DNA of 64,000 nucleotides from Macrostomum lignano (Eukaryota): NCBI GenBank assembly GCA_002269645.1, contig NIVC01000512.1, positions 203,967 to 267,966 of the forward strand, read 5' to 3'. Shown piece by piece: positions 36,502 to 49,212 of this stretch (position 1 is its first letter; each line of letters starts with the position of its first letter). The notes under the pieces were generated by a model. It saw only the letters and a program-made list of their open reading frames with translations, ran no database searches and was not told where the DNA came from. The position numbers and the translations under genes were made by a program.

Positions 36502-36726
36502 CAGGGGTTGGCAAACCTTTTGCCTCAAGGGCCAGATGGAAGGGAAAGATAGGAGGGAATAGAGGAGAAGAGAGGAGAGGAGAGGGGATAGAAGAGAGGA
36601 AAGAAGAGAGAGGAGGGTTGAGAGAAGAGACACAAACCTTGAGCGGGCCGGATTGCTATTGCGAAGTTTCAAAGTACCCGAGGACCGGATAGAGAGGCTT
36701 GGCGGGCCGGGGTATGCCCACCCCTG
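36502..36726. mobile_element. hAT (Charlie-like) MITE
   Basis: TIRs CAGGGGTTGGCA / TGCCCACCCCTG; perfect 8-bp TSD ATTTAAAC (36494-36501 / 36727-36734). Confidence 0.9.
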
Positions 36727-37237
36727 ATTTAAACAAACGCACGATTGTTTCCCCTGAGGATCAGAGATGAGGACCTGATCTGGCAACAGTACCAGACAAG
36801 AAAACAGTGACGGAAGAGGGTGGGGTAGATGGCTTTGACTGAAAGCAGCTTCATGCCTGCGCCCCGCAGCAGCAGTTGCTTTCCCCCAGTTCGCGCTCAC
36901 TGCCAGTTTGTCACGCACGCCATCAGTGCCACCACCTCGCGCCAGCCTAGATGTCTGACATTGCTCTGAACCCACCCCCCCCTCCTCCCTGCCTCAGCCC
37001 AAACGGCGACGCCAAAAATACACTACAGGGAAATTCTCTTCCCTGCTTCCCCACGCGGAATCCGTTTGCACTTTTTAGTGTGGGGCCATTTTTAAGCCTG
37101 GCATGCAGGTGCGTACCTAATTTTTTTCAATCTGAAGGTGGACTAAAGAAGGAAATGAGCCTGCTTTTAGCTCGTAAATCCCGGGGAAAGAAACTGTTGA
37201 TGACCATGTTTACGCTTTTCTTATTAGGCTTTTCGAC

Positions 37238-40200
37238 ATGCCCGAGACCGCCACCTGTGCGCAGCGGCTCAGCGTCATCTGGCGCTGGAGAAAACTGCTC
37301 GTGTTCTGTCTGGCGCCGATCCTGTTCTCTCCGCTGCCGATTCTGGCGCCGAGGCCGGTGAGTCTGGCGCCAATCCTAATTCTAAGCTACTGGGGAATGA
37401 GATGAGTCTGGCGCCAATCCTAATTCTAAGCTACTGGGGAATGAGATGAGTCTGGCGCCAGTCTCACTTCTAAGCTACTGGGGAATGAGATGAGTCTGGC
37501 GCCAATCCTGATTCTAAGATACTGGGGAATGAGATGAGTCTGGCGCCAATCCTAATTCTAAGCTACTGGGGAATGAGATGAGTCTGGCGCCAATCCTAAT
37601 TCTAAGCTACTGGGGAATGAGATGAGTCTGGCGCCAATCCTAGTTCTAAGATACTGGGGAATGAGATGAGTCTGGCGCCAATCCTAATTATAAGCTACTG
37701 GGGAATGAGATGAGTCTGGCGCCAAGCCCACTTCTAAGCTACTGGGGAATAAGATGAGTCTGGCGCCAATCCTAGTTCTAAGATACTGGGGAATGAGATG
37801 AGTCTGGCGCCAATCCTAGTTCTAAGATACTGGGGAATGAGATGAGTCTGACGTCAATCCTAATTCTAAGCTACTGGGGAATGAGATGAGTCTGGCGCCA
37901 ATCCTAGTTCTAAGATACTGGGGAATGAGATGAGTCTGGCGCCAAGCCCACTTCTAACCTACTGGGGAATGAGATGAGTCTGACGTCAATCCTAATTCTA
38001 AGCTACTGGGGAATGAGATGAGTCTGGCGCCAATCCTAGTTCTAAGATACTGGGGAATAAGATGAGTCTGGCGCCAATCCTAGTTCTAAGATACTGGGGA
38101 ATGAGATGAGTCTGGCGCCAATCCTAGTTCTAAGATACTGGGGAATGAGATGAGTCTGGCGCCAATCCTAATTATAAGCTACTGGGGAATGAGATGAGTC
38201 TGGCGCCAATCCTAATTATAAGCTTCTAGGGAATGAGATGAGTCTGGCGCCAATCCTAATTATAAGCTACTAGGGAATGAGATGAGTCTGGCGCCAATCC
38301 TAATTATAAGCTTCTAGGGAATGAGATGAGTCTGGCGCCAATCCTAATTATAAGCTACTAGGGAATGAGATGAGTCTGGCGCCAATCCCACTTCTAGGCT
38401 GCTGCTGCCAGATGAGTTCAGCTATGTGAATGCGAGGAGTTTACCAATCGGGCTCAATCATGATTTGCACTTTACAACTGGCACTTTGCTGGCCTCATTG
38501 CCGGCTAAAATCCCTCAAATCCCCAGGAGGCGCGAGTGGCCTACATGCTGCTGATCATGGCGGTGTACTGGGTGACGGAATCCCTGCCCATCGGCGTCAC
38601 GGCTCTGATCCCCGTGGTGCTCGCGCCAGCTTTTAAAATCATCCCATCGAAAGTTCTCTGCCCGGCTTATTTCTCGGTAAGTTCGACCCGCGCCTGCTCT
38701 ACTGCTCAAAATGCATGTTTTCTAAGGGTTGAGCAGAACGAATTCTGGAAATTTTTTAACAGTTTAGGAGGGGCGGAATACTAACGAATCTGAGGGCGGA
38801 GGGGCGGAATACTAAAGTATTTGAGGGCGGAGGGACGGAATACTAAAGTATTTGAGAGCGGAGGGGCGGAATACTAAAGTATTTGAGAGCGGAGGGGCGG
38901 AATACTAAAGTATCTGAGGGCGAGGGGGGGGCGGAATACTAAAGCATCTGAGGGCGGAAAGCGGAATTCTAAAGCATCTGAGGGCGGAATACTAAAGCAT
39001 CTGAGGGCGGAATACTAAAGCATCTGAGGGCGGAATACTAAAGCATCTGAGGGCGGAATACTAAAGCATCTGAGGACGGAATACTAAAGCATCTGAGGGC
39101 GGAATACTAAAGCATTTGAGGGCGGAGGGGCAGAATACTAAAGCATCTGAGGGCGGAATACTAAAGCATCTGAGGGCGGAGGATCGGCAGTCGAATCCCG
39201 AACCGACCCCGCCGCACCCGCAGGACTCCAACATGCTGTTCATAGGCGGCCTGATGCTGGCAATCAGCGTGGAATTCTGGAATCTGCACCGACGGATGGC
39301 GCTGCTGGTGCTGCAGCTGGTCGGTGTGCAGCCCCGCTGGCTGCTCCTGGGCTTCATGCTGCCCACCTGGTTCATGTCCATGTGGATATCCAACACCGCC
39401 ACGGCCGCCATGATGCTGCCGATTGTTGACGCGGTGCTGCAGGAGCTCATGGTGTACGATCAGCTGCGCAAGGCTGAGGCTGCCCAGGCGGCTGCCGATG
39501 GTGCCGACGGGATCGCGGATGAGTCCGCTGCGGTGCCCATGGTGCGTGCGGCTGGATGGGGTCCGGCAGGCCTGCTGGGGGTCCATGAAAGGCTTGGTAG
39601 GGGGTCCATGGAAGGCTTGGTAGGGGTCCATGGAAGGCTTGGTAGGGGTCCATGGAAGGCTTGGTAGGGGTCCATGGAAGGCTTGGTAGGGGTCCATAGA
39701 AGGCTTGGTAGGGGTCCATGGAAGGCTTGGTAGGGGTCCATGGAAGGCTTGGTAGGGGTCCATGGAAGGCTTGGCAGGGGTCCATGGAAGGCTTGGTAGG
39801 GGGTCCATGGAAGGCTTGGTAGGGGTCCATGGAAGGCTTGGTAGGGGTCCATGGAAGGCTTGGTAGGGGTCCATGGAAGGCTTGGTAGGGGTCCATGCAA
39901 GGCCTGGTAGGGGGTCGTGGGGTCTGCTAGGTGTAAGGAATCAGGAGATGCCCTAACTGCATGAAGATCTGGGATTGCCCTACTGCATGAAGATCAGGGG
40001 CTGCCCTACTGCATGAAGATCTGGGATTGCCCTACTGCATGAAGATCTGGGATTGCCCTACTGCATGAAGATCAGGGGCTGCCCCACCTCATGGGGATCA
40101 GGGGTTGCCCTACTGCATGAAGATCAGGGGTGCCCTACTGCATGAAGATCAGGGGCTGCCCCACCTCATGGGGATCAGGGGTTGCCCTACTGCATGAAGA

Positions 40201-40556
40201 TCAGGGGCTGCCCCACCTCATGGGGATCAGGGGTTGCCCTACTGCATGAAGATCAGGGGCTGCCCCACCTCATGGGGATCAGGGGTTGCCCTACTGCATG
40301 AAGATCAGGGGCTGCCCCACCTCATGGGGATCAGGGGTTGCCCTACTGCATGAAGATCAGGGGTTGCCCTACTGCATGAAGATCAGGGGCTGCCCCACCT
40401 CATGGGGATCAGGGGTTGCCCTACTGCATGAAGATCAGGGGTTGCCCTACCGCATGAAGATCAGGGATCTGCCAGCAGTCAGAAATCAGCCATAAACTTG
40501 CAGGTGTCTGTGGAGCCAAAATCGGACCAGAGTCACAGCAAAGGGCAGCAGCCCAG

Positions 40557-40591
<35 letters not shown>

Positions 40592-43500
40592 TCACCGTGC
40601 TGCAGTACATTCAACAGCCGGAGAACGGGGAGTTCCGCGGCATCTGCAAGATGCTCACCATCGCCGTGGCCTACAGCGCCAACTACGGCGGGACGCCGAC
40701 GCTGACTGGGACGCCGCCGAATCTTGTTCTTAACAACAATCTGGCAACCAACTTTGGCAACAAAACGCCGTTCAATTTTGGCTCCTGGTTTCTGTTTGCC
40801 TTTCCCATATCGATCAGCTGCCTGCTGCTGGCCTGGATCTGGCTGCAGTTCCTCTTCTTGGGACCGAGGTGCGGCTTCTTTGCTCTTGTCCTGCTTATTC
40901 ATCTATGACCAGATTCATCTATGACCAGATTCATCTATGACCAGATTCATCTATGACCAGATTCATCTATGACCAGATTCATCTATGACCAGATTCATCT
41001 ATGACCAGATTCATCTATGACCAGATTCATCTATGACCAGATTCATCTTTGACCAGATTCATCTATGACCAGATTCATCTATGACCAGATTCATCTATGA
41101 CCAGATTCATCTATGACCAGATTCATCTATGATCAGATTCATCTATGACTAGATTCATCTATGACCAGATTCATCTATGATCAGATTCGTCTATGACCAG
41201 ATTCATCTATGACCAGATTCGTCTATGACCAGATTCATCTATGACCAGATTCATCTATGACCAGATTCATCTATGACCAGATTCATCTATGACCAGATTC
41301 ATCTATGACCAGATTCATCTATGACCAGATTCATCCATGACCAGATTCATCTATGACCAGATTCATCTATGACCTGATTCATCTATGACCAGATTCATCT
41401 ATGACCAGATTCATCTATGACCAGATTCATCTATGACCAGATTCATCTATGACCAGATTCATCTTTGACCAGATTCATCTATGACCAGATTCATCTATGA
41501 CCAGATTCATCTATGACCAGATTCATCTATGACCAGATTCATCTATGATCAGATTCATCTATGACCAGATTCATCTATGACCAGATTCATCTATGATCAG
41601 ATTCGTCTATGACCAGATTCATCTATGACCAGATTCATCTATGATCAGATTCGTCTATGACCAGATTCATCTATGACCAGATTCGTCTATGACCAGATTC
41701 ATCTATGATCAGATTCATTTATGACCAGATTCATCTATGACCAGATTCATCTATGATCAGATTCATCTATGACTAGATTCATCTATGACCAGATTCATCT
41801 ATGATCAGATTCGTCTATGACCAGATTCATCTATGACCAGATTCGTCTATGACCAGATTCATCTATGATCAGATTCATTTATGACCAGATTCATTTATGA
41901 CTAGATTCGTCTATGACCAGATTCATCTATGATCAGATTCATCTATGATCAGATTCATCTATGACCAGATTCATCTATGACCAGACTCATCTATGACCAG
42001 ATTCATCTATGACCAGATTCACCTATGACCAGATTCATCTATCATCAGATTCATCTATAACCAGATTCATCTTTGACCAGATTCATTATCATCAGATTCA
42101 TCCATGACCAGATTCAGCTGTGACCAGATTCATCTATGACCATACTTATTTATCTATAAACAGATTCTTCTATGACCGAATCATTCATGGTTAGGTTAAT
42201 TTTTGACTAAGTTACTTAGCGATCAAATTAACTTATAAACGAATTAATTTATGACCAGATTCAACTATGATCAGATATATCTAGCCATGATCAGATTCCT
42301 CTATGACAAGACTCATTTCCGATTTGACTGATTGTTAATTAACTTAATTCATGACTATAGTAATCCCACTGTCAGCTTTCCATTATCAGTATTCATGCCC
42401 TGACTGCCTGAATAATTTCGTAATTGAGGCTCTCAAAGGTAATTAGTGTAAATTACTCTCAATTACTACTCAGGAATTTGTGCAGAGGCGGCGGCAAAAG
42501 CCCCGAAGAAGCTGAGGCTGTGCAGCGGGCTCTGAAGTCGCAGTACGAGAAACTCGGACCGATCACGTGAGCTGATGGCTTGCACTTTTAGTTTTGTTGT
42601 CACCCCATGTCCTGAAAGTAATGCAGTGGCTGCGGCCCAGTCTTGAGACGGGACAACATTTAGTTTTGTGCGGATTGGTTTCTAAAAGGATCTGGGATCT
42701 GCATTATCAGTGACAGGGGTATCACATACAACGTTGCAGCTGTCTGGCATGATTCTGAAATACCTCGTGACCCAGATGAAAGACGCCACGATTTCATAAA
42801 GACCCTATAGTTCCTATTAGTAGACCCTATGACACATTTTAGTAGACCCTATGACCCAATTAATAGACCCTATGACTCATTAGAAGACCCTACATGTATG
42901 ACACATTAGAAGACCCTACATGTATGACTCATTAGAAGACCCTACATGTATGAATCATTAGAAGACCCTACATGTATGACTCATTAGAAGACCCTACATG
43001 TATGACTCATTAGAAGACCCTACATGTATGACTCATTAGAAGACCCTACATGTATGACTCATTAGAAGACCCTACATGTATGACTCATTAGAAGACCCTA
43101 CATGTATGACTCATTAGAAGACCCTACATGTATAACTCATTAGACTCATTAGAAGACCCTATGGCTCATTAGAAGACCCTATGACTAATTAGTAGACCCT
43201 ATGATCATATTAATAGACCTTAGACTCATTAGAAGACTTTATGACTTATTAGTAGACCCTATGACCCATATTAATAGACCCTAGACTCATTAGTAGACCC
43301 TATGACTCATTAGTAGACCCTATGACTCATTAGTAGACCCTATGACTCATTAGTAGACCCTATGACTCATGACTAGACCCTATGACCCGTATTAGTAGAC
43401 CCTATGACTCATATTAGTAGACCCTATGACTCATATTAGTAGACCCTATGACCCATATTAATAGACCCTAGACTCATTAGAAGACCCTATGACTCATATT

Positions 43501-45643
43501 AGTAGACCCTATGACTCATATTAGTAGACCCTATGACCCATATTAATAGACCCTAGACTCATTAGAAGACCCTATGACTCATATTAGTAGACCCTATGAC
43601 TCATTAGTTGACGCAACGACCATTGGTAGATCCAAAATTTTCAGTAGACTTTTGACCTCACTAGGGGACCCTGTGACTCTACTAGATGGACCCTACAATC
43701 TCGAACCGCACTCCTTGCAGCTTCCCGGAGGTCAGCTGCATCATCCTTTTCGGCGCCACGGTGCTGCTGTGGATCAGCCGCACCGGCTGGAGCCCTCTGT
43801 TCACGACAAAGACCAGAGACGGCGACACCCGAGTGTACATGTCTGACGCCCAGCCGGCGCTGCTCATGTCCATCCTGCTGTTCGTGCTGCCGTCGAGAAA
43901 TCCGTTCAAGAGGAGGCCGACGGCTCAACAGGGCGACGACGCCGCTAAGGAGGACGAGACGGCGGCGCGCCCGCAGGCGAGCACCCTGTTGACCTGGCAG
44001 GCCGTGCACGAGCGCCTGCCCTGGGGCATTGTCATCCTGCTAGGTGGTGGCTTCGCCCTGGCCAAGGCCACCAAGGTGACCGGCTGCTACTGCTGGACTC
44101 TAATTATGCTTCCTGAGATGAAGAAGTCAATTATATAGTATCCAATACAAGCCGCTATAATTATTTAAAAAATTCTTCATTGGACGAAAGACACTAAAAT
44201 CATACAGCAGGCATTAAACTCACATGATAGATATACGATTCACTTGTAATCACGCGAGCTACCTGTTGGTCCCTCGAGTCACCTGTTAGTCACGCGAGTC
44301 ACCTGTTAGTCACTTAAGTCACCTGTTAATCACTTAAGTCACCTGATAGTCACTCAAGTCACATGTTAGTCACTTAAGTCACCCGCTAGTCACTCAAGTC
44401 ACCTGTTAGTCACTTAAGTCACCTGTTAGTCACTTAAGTCACCCGCTAGTCACTCAAGTCACCTGTTAGTCATGCGAGTCACCTGTTAGTCACTAAAGTC
44501 TCCTGTTAGTCACGCGAGTCACCTGTTAGTCACTTAAGTCACCTGTTAATCACTTAAGTCACCCGCTAGTCACTCAAGTCACCTGCTAGTCACTTAAGTC
44601 ACCTGTTAGTCACTAAGTCACCTGTTAAACACTCAAGTCACCTGTTAGTCACACGAGTCACCTGTTCTATCCCTCCGCCGCAGGAGTCGGGCCTCTCCCT
44701 GATGATCGGCGACCAGCTGAAGCCGCTGGGCGCCCTGCCGCGGCCCCTGATGGTGCTCATCGTGACCTATTGCACCACCTTCATCACTGAGATCACTTCG
44801 AACACCGCCACAGCCAGCATCCTGCTGCCCATCCTGGTTGATCTCGTAAGCCTCATTCAGTTACCACTAGTAGCATCTAGGCGATTGTCGTTTGATTTAC
44901 ATTTATGAATAATTTCAGTGCCGCAGCATCCGCATGAACCCGCTGGCCCTGATGCTGCCCTGCACCATCGCCGCCTCGCTGGCCTTCAATCTGCCCGTGG
45001 CCACGCCCCCGAATTCTATTGTGTTCTCTAAGGGCTATCTCACCGTGGCCGACATGGTGCGTCCTTGGGAGGGGAGGATGCCGCCTCAGGGATTAGAAGA
45101 ATGTACGAGCTAAATTGCCGCAGGAATGCCTGCGTTTACAGAATCTTAGGGTTTGGGAGGACGTGAATCGCCGCGAGAATTCCTGAGTGTACAGAGTTGG
45201 GTCTAAGATGGAAGTTTTCTAAAAAACACTTCTGAATTTCCCCTATGCTAAAAATAGCCTTATCGGTGTACATGTACCAATTAGCCCCACCCTGGTCTAG
45301 GGGGTGGCTTTCCGCTATGCTAAAAATAGACTTAGCAATGTACATGTACAAGTTCAGTCCACCCAGGACTAGGGGGAATGGCTTTCGGCCATTCTAAAAA
45401 TAGCCTTATCAGTGTACATGTACCAATTAACTCCACCCAAGACTAGAGGGATGGCTTTCCGCTATGCTAAAAATAGCTTTATCAATGTACAATTTCAACT
45501 CCGCCCAGATCAAGAGCGGCTTCGTGCTGACTATCGTGTCCGGCTTGGTGGTGGTCGGAGCCAGCCTGACCTACGGCACGGCTCTGTTCAACATGACCGA
45601 GTACCCCGACTGGGCGGGCAACTTCACCGCTCCCGCCGGCTGA
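37238..45643 (+). CDS. SLC13/DASS-family Na+-coupled carboxylate or sulfate transporter, ~611 aa, 9 exons
   Basis: Phase-consistent exons: 37238-37357, 38527-38676, 39224-39541, 40504-40868, 42474-42566, 43721-44075, 44684-44845, 44919-45056, 45509-45643. Motifs YWVTESLP, MWISNTATAAMMLPI, GGTPTLTGTPPN, ITSNTATASILLPI and LPVATPPN. Confidence 0.95.
37359..38400. repeat. 44-bp minisatellite beginning at the splice donor of SLC13 intron 1
   Basis: ATGAGTCTGGCGCCAATCCTAATTCTAAGCTACTGGGGAATGAG, about 23 copies. Confidence 0.96.
38765..39185. repeat. ~23-bp minisatellite (GAGGGCGGAATACTAAAGCATCT), SLC13 intron 2
   Basis: Seen directly. Confidence 0.9.
39578..39912. repeat. 22-bp minisatellite (CCATGGAAGGCTTGGTAGGGGT), SLC13 intron 3
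   Basis: About 15 copies. Confidence 0.93.
39948..40470. repeat. 26-bp two-variant array forming 52-bp dimers, SLC13 intron 3
   Basis: Alternating GGGGTTGCCCTACTGCATGAAGATCA and GGGGCTGCCCCACCTCATGGGGATCA. Confidence 0.9.
40897..42145. repeat. 16-bp minisatellite (ATTCATCTATGACCAG), ~77 copies, SLC13 intron 4
   Basis: Seen directly. Confidence 0.97.
42805..43590. repeat. 21-25-bp AGACCCTATGACTCATTAG-type array, SLC13 intron 5
   Basis: Seen directly, with a 25-bp CATGTA-containing variant block. Confidence 0.9.
44256..44666. repeat. 20-bp minisatellite (AAGTCACCTGTTAGTCACTT), SLC13 intron 6
   Basis: About 20 copies. Confidence 0.92.
45240..45485. repeat. ~66-bp tandem repeat (GCTATGCTAAAAATAG...TGTACATGTACC...), ~3.5 copies, SLC13 intron 8
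   Basis: Seen directly. Confidence 0.85.
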
Positions 45644-46339
45644 GAATTTATTATTTCAGTCTTCTGTTGCCGGCAGCTGAACAGTCTTTATATAAATAAC
45701 ATGAGGTTTATCATGCTGTAAATCGCAATGTTTCGGCTCCCAAAAGCTTAAATTTGAAACAACTCTGAGCTATCAAGCCTCGACTCTCGTTACCCTTAAC
45801 TGCATGCTCATAGTCCGCGCAATCGATCGATAAAACAGCCTCCCTGTTCCTCTCAACCAATCAGAGTAGTCCAGGCAAGGAAGATTCTCATCTTTAACGC
45901 GCGAAGTGTAAGGAAAATTTGATTCAAGCAGACTAGCTATTAGAATAGCTGCTGTGTGCATGCGCTAAACCCGATGTAATTCATAGTAAAGCACGAGTCC
46001 CGTAGTTATAGCCGCTCTCCCGGTACAATATCATAGCATTATTTGTGTTAGAAATCCATTAAAAATTACATTTAGTTGAGCATAGAAACCGTATTTTTAG
46101 TTACTATTGAAATTTTTGCAATTTCTACTATTTTATCCCGTTCGATAGAGAGCTCAATGTAGTAGGCATATCTTTCCACTTGGTTATTTTATTGCCTGAA
46201 ATCTCCAGTGAAGTCAATTTTATTTTGTTGCTGTAGAAGTTTCGCAGAATTTCCTTTTATCCTCAATAGCTATACAAAATATAATTAATTTCATTGCTTT
46301 CATCACCTTGGCTAAAGACCGAGTACTTTCTGCTTTTGG

Positions 46340-46733
46340 GAGTGAGTGAGTGAGTGAGTGAGTGAGTGAGTGAGTGAGTGAGTGAGTGAGTGAGTGAGTG
46401 AGTGAGTGAGTGAGTGAGTGAGTGAGTGAGTGAGTGAGTGAGTGAGTGAGTGAGTGAGTGAGTGAGTGAGTGAGTGAGTGAGTGAGTGAGTGAGTGAGTG
46501 AGTGGGTGAGTGAGTGAGTGAGTGAGTGAGTGAGTGAGTGAGTGAGTGAGTGAGTGAGTGAGTGGGTGAGTGAGTGAGTGAGTGAGTGAGTGAGTGAGTG
46601 AGTGAGTGAGTGGGTGGGTGAGTGAGTGAGTGAGTGAGTGAGTGAGTGAGTGAGTGAGTGAGTGAGTGAGTGGGTGGGTGAGTGAGTGAGTGAGTGAGTG
46701 AGTGAGTGAGTGAGTGAGTGAGTGAGTGAGTGA
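46340..46733. repeat. (GAGT)n microsatellite, ~98 units
   Basis: Seen directly. Confidence 0.98.
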
Positions 46734-46779
46734 CCATTGCTCAACAAAGCTGCATACTAAACCAGCGCATGCATATGTA

Positions 46780-46950
46780 TACTCAGCAACATTGAAAAGT
46801 CGCCCCCTTTGCCCCAGTGAGCCGTGTCTTTCAACCAGCCTCTATTCACCTGGCCAACCATTTTGATATTAAAAAATCAAATATCAAAAGTCAATACTGA
46901 GCTAGAATTTACTGCGAAATCTCAAAGATGGCGACTTTTTAATTTGAGTA
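46780..46950. mobile_element. Diverged MITE related to 48270-48524
   Basis: TACTCAGCAACATTGAAAAGTCGCC ... GGCGACTTTTTAATTTGAGTA. Confidence 0.6.
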
Positions 46951-47517
46951 TTTGAGTTTTTGAATATATTTTGCCCAGCACAGACCACCTCAATTTCCAC
47001 ATTTATCAAACGCAAAAGCAAGGATTAGAAGGGTGGATGGATAATAAACGTGGAAAGGCAGTCACGTGATAAGCTTTTTATATGGGGTAAATGTACAATT
47101 GTACATCGCTTTAAAATACTGGCTAAAACTAATTGATATTATTGTGTCGGGGTGAAAGTATTGATACAATGGCATCACAAATACCTCGATTCTCGTAATT
47201 AAGGCTGAATTTAAGCACTTGCACCTGGGGCAATTGTAAATTGCGAAATTGTGCCCGGTTTTATAGCAGAAAATGAATACTTCGTATTATTACAAAACTC
47301 AATAGCAAAGGTGCGATCGGTCGAAACCTGAGCTGTAATTGGGTTAATTAGCACCAAGTTGCACAATCGCTCGAGTTGATTGGCCAATTGACTTTCGATC
47401 TGTGCCTTTCACCTGCGTATTGAGTGTTATAAATATTCTGCTCAATCAACTGTGTCTTTTTGCATACATTGTCTACTAGCTTACCTGTAACTCGCTTGAG
47501 TTGGCAATTAGCAAATC

Positions 47518-48951
47518 ATGCTGAAAATCGCTCTGGTCACGGCTCTGCTGCCTCTCATGGCCGTCTGCCTGCCTGCGTCTGAGAAGGTCATGCCGCCTTC
47601 GGTAAGTGGGCTCATTGATTTAATTGATTTTTTGTTTAATTAATGCTTGGTTAATTTTTTGGCGCCCCTGGTGCTAAAGCCCCTGGTGCTAAAGCCCTTG
47701 GTGCGTTCTAGCTTTTAGCGTAGTGAAATTTCCACTGAATAAGTTAATTCAAGTCTATTCGAGTTTCAATTTAAGCAGCCCCTTCGCATCTTGCTGCAGG
47801 CATACCAAATGATCCAGTGCATCATCTTCAATCGGAACTGCCCGTATGATCTCTTCAATCCTCTGCTGCATGACCCGAGAGCCCCGGAGGAATGCAACTG
47901 CGATGCGGCTGCGCTGAACTGCCAAGTCAACTGCAGCGCAGCCTACCTCATCCGGTATTTAGACCCTACTGGCGGCGAGAATGATCCTGTAAGTGGCACT
48001 TTTAAATGATTTTCCAAGATTAGGTGTAGAAGTTTTTAGCCTTCCAAACTAGCAATCAGCGCCGCAATAACCTCCTCAGCTACCGGTGGACTGATATTTT
48101 TGAATAGAATTTATGGCATCAAATATCAGGGTCTTTTCAGGTCCGTGGCTCGTGCAAGGGAAGCAAATAATACTCAGCAACAGTCAAAAGTTCCACCTAT
48201 AGAAATCACACGTAGGAGAGAAAAACTTATTATTTTAAATGCACAGTAAAAGGTAAGTTTATAAAAATATGCTCAGCAACATCGAAAAGTCGCCATCACA
48301 CCACAGATTCCGTCTGTGGTCGCCACTTTTGAGAGTGCAGGTGAAGTCTCTCAGTCTTTGCGAGTGACGCAACTTGGCTACGCCACGCCACGCGTCAGAC
48401 TTGAGTTGAGGAATGAAGTTGTGCGAGGGTTGGGCGGATTAAAGCTACCCGGATCAGTTTTCATAGCAGTCCAAGAGAAATTGCTCACTGGCGCATAGTG
48501 GCGACTTTTCAATGTTGCTAAGTATATCCTAGCTTGGTGGGGTGGAACTTTGGGCTGTTGTTGGGTATATTTGAACAATGTCATAAGAAAAAGTGAAACA
48601 ATGAAGGGCTTGAATTCGCCTTGACAATAGACATGCTCATCCATGGTTCAGACCGGATTGCCATGGGAGTCATCTTTCTCGCATCAACCAAACCGCACGC
48701 AGAATTCGCCCGCTTACTATGTCAAGCGAGCCCTCAAAAACTGCCAAGGCAGTCTGCAGAGCTGCCTAAACAGCCTGGACGACGGCTTCAAATTCGGATT
48801 TCTCAAACTGGCCGAGTCGGCGGGCTTCACTGATCTGCCGAAGGCCTGTCGGTGCTCTCTGCAGCTGGAGCAGTGCGCGGCTGAGTGCTTCCAGTACATT
48901 GCCGGGGTGATGGGACACGGGAAGCAGCGCAAGCCATATCCATATATTTAA
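47518..48951 (+). CDS. Secreted cysteine-rich protein (~190 aa), unknown family, 3 exons
   Basis: Phase-0 exons 47518-47601, 47800-47988 and 48652-48951; signal peptide MLKIALVTALLPLMAVCLP; two CxC-x6-C-x3-C motifs (CNCDAAALNCQVNC and CRCSLQLEQCAAEC). Confidence 0.8.
48270..48524. mobile_element. MITE with ~26-bp TIRs and a TA target duplication (Tc1/mariner-type), in intron 2
   Basis: TA|TGCTCAGCAACATCGAAAAGTCGCCA ... TGGCGACTTTTCAATGTTGCTAAGTA|TA. Confidence 0.75.
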
Positions 48952-49118
48952 CATTAATGTGAACCAACTGTGCATTGATTTGAGATTCTGGGCGGTAATG
49001 GGAATCCATCAATTATTTGTATTTTTTATTTTTTACAACTAATTTTTAACAAGTTTGTAACAATGTCTACGTTTTAAAAAATCTAAATTCGAATTATGCG
49101 GTCCTTCTGTCGTCACCA

Positions 49119-49212
49119 AATTTAGTATTTAGATTACTACAAATTTAGTATTTAGATTACTACAAATTTAGTATTTAGATTACTACAAATTTAGTATTTA
49201 GATTACTACTAC
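49119..49212. repeat. 23-bp tandem repeat (AAATTTAGTATTTAGATTACTAC x~4)
   Basis: Seen directly. Confidence 0.9.

Noticed and set aside
46220-46747. HSLT-repeat proteins
   Set aside because: Translation of the (GAGT)n microsatellite
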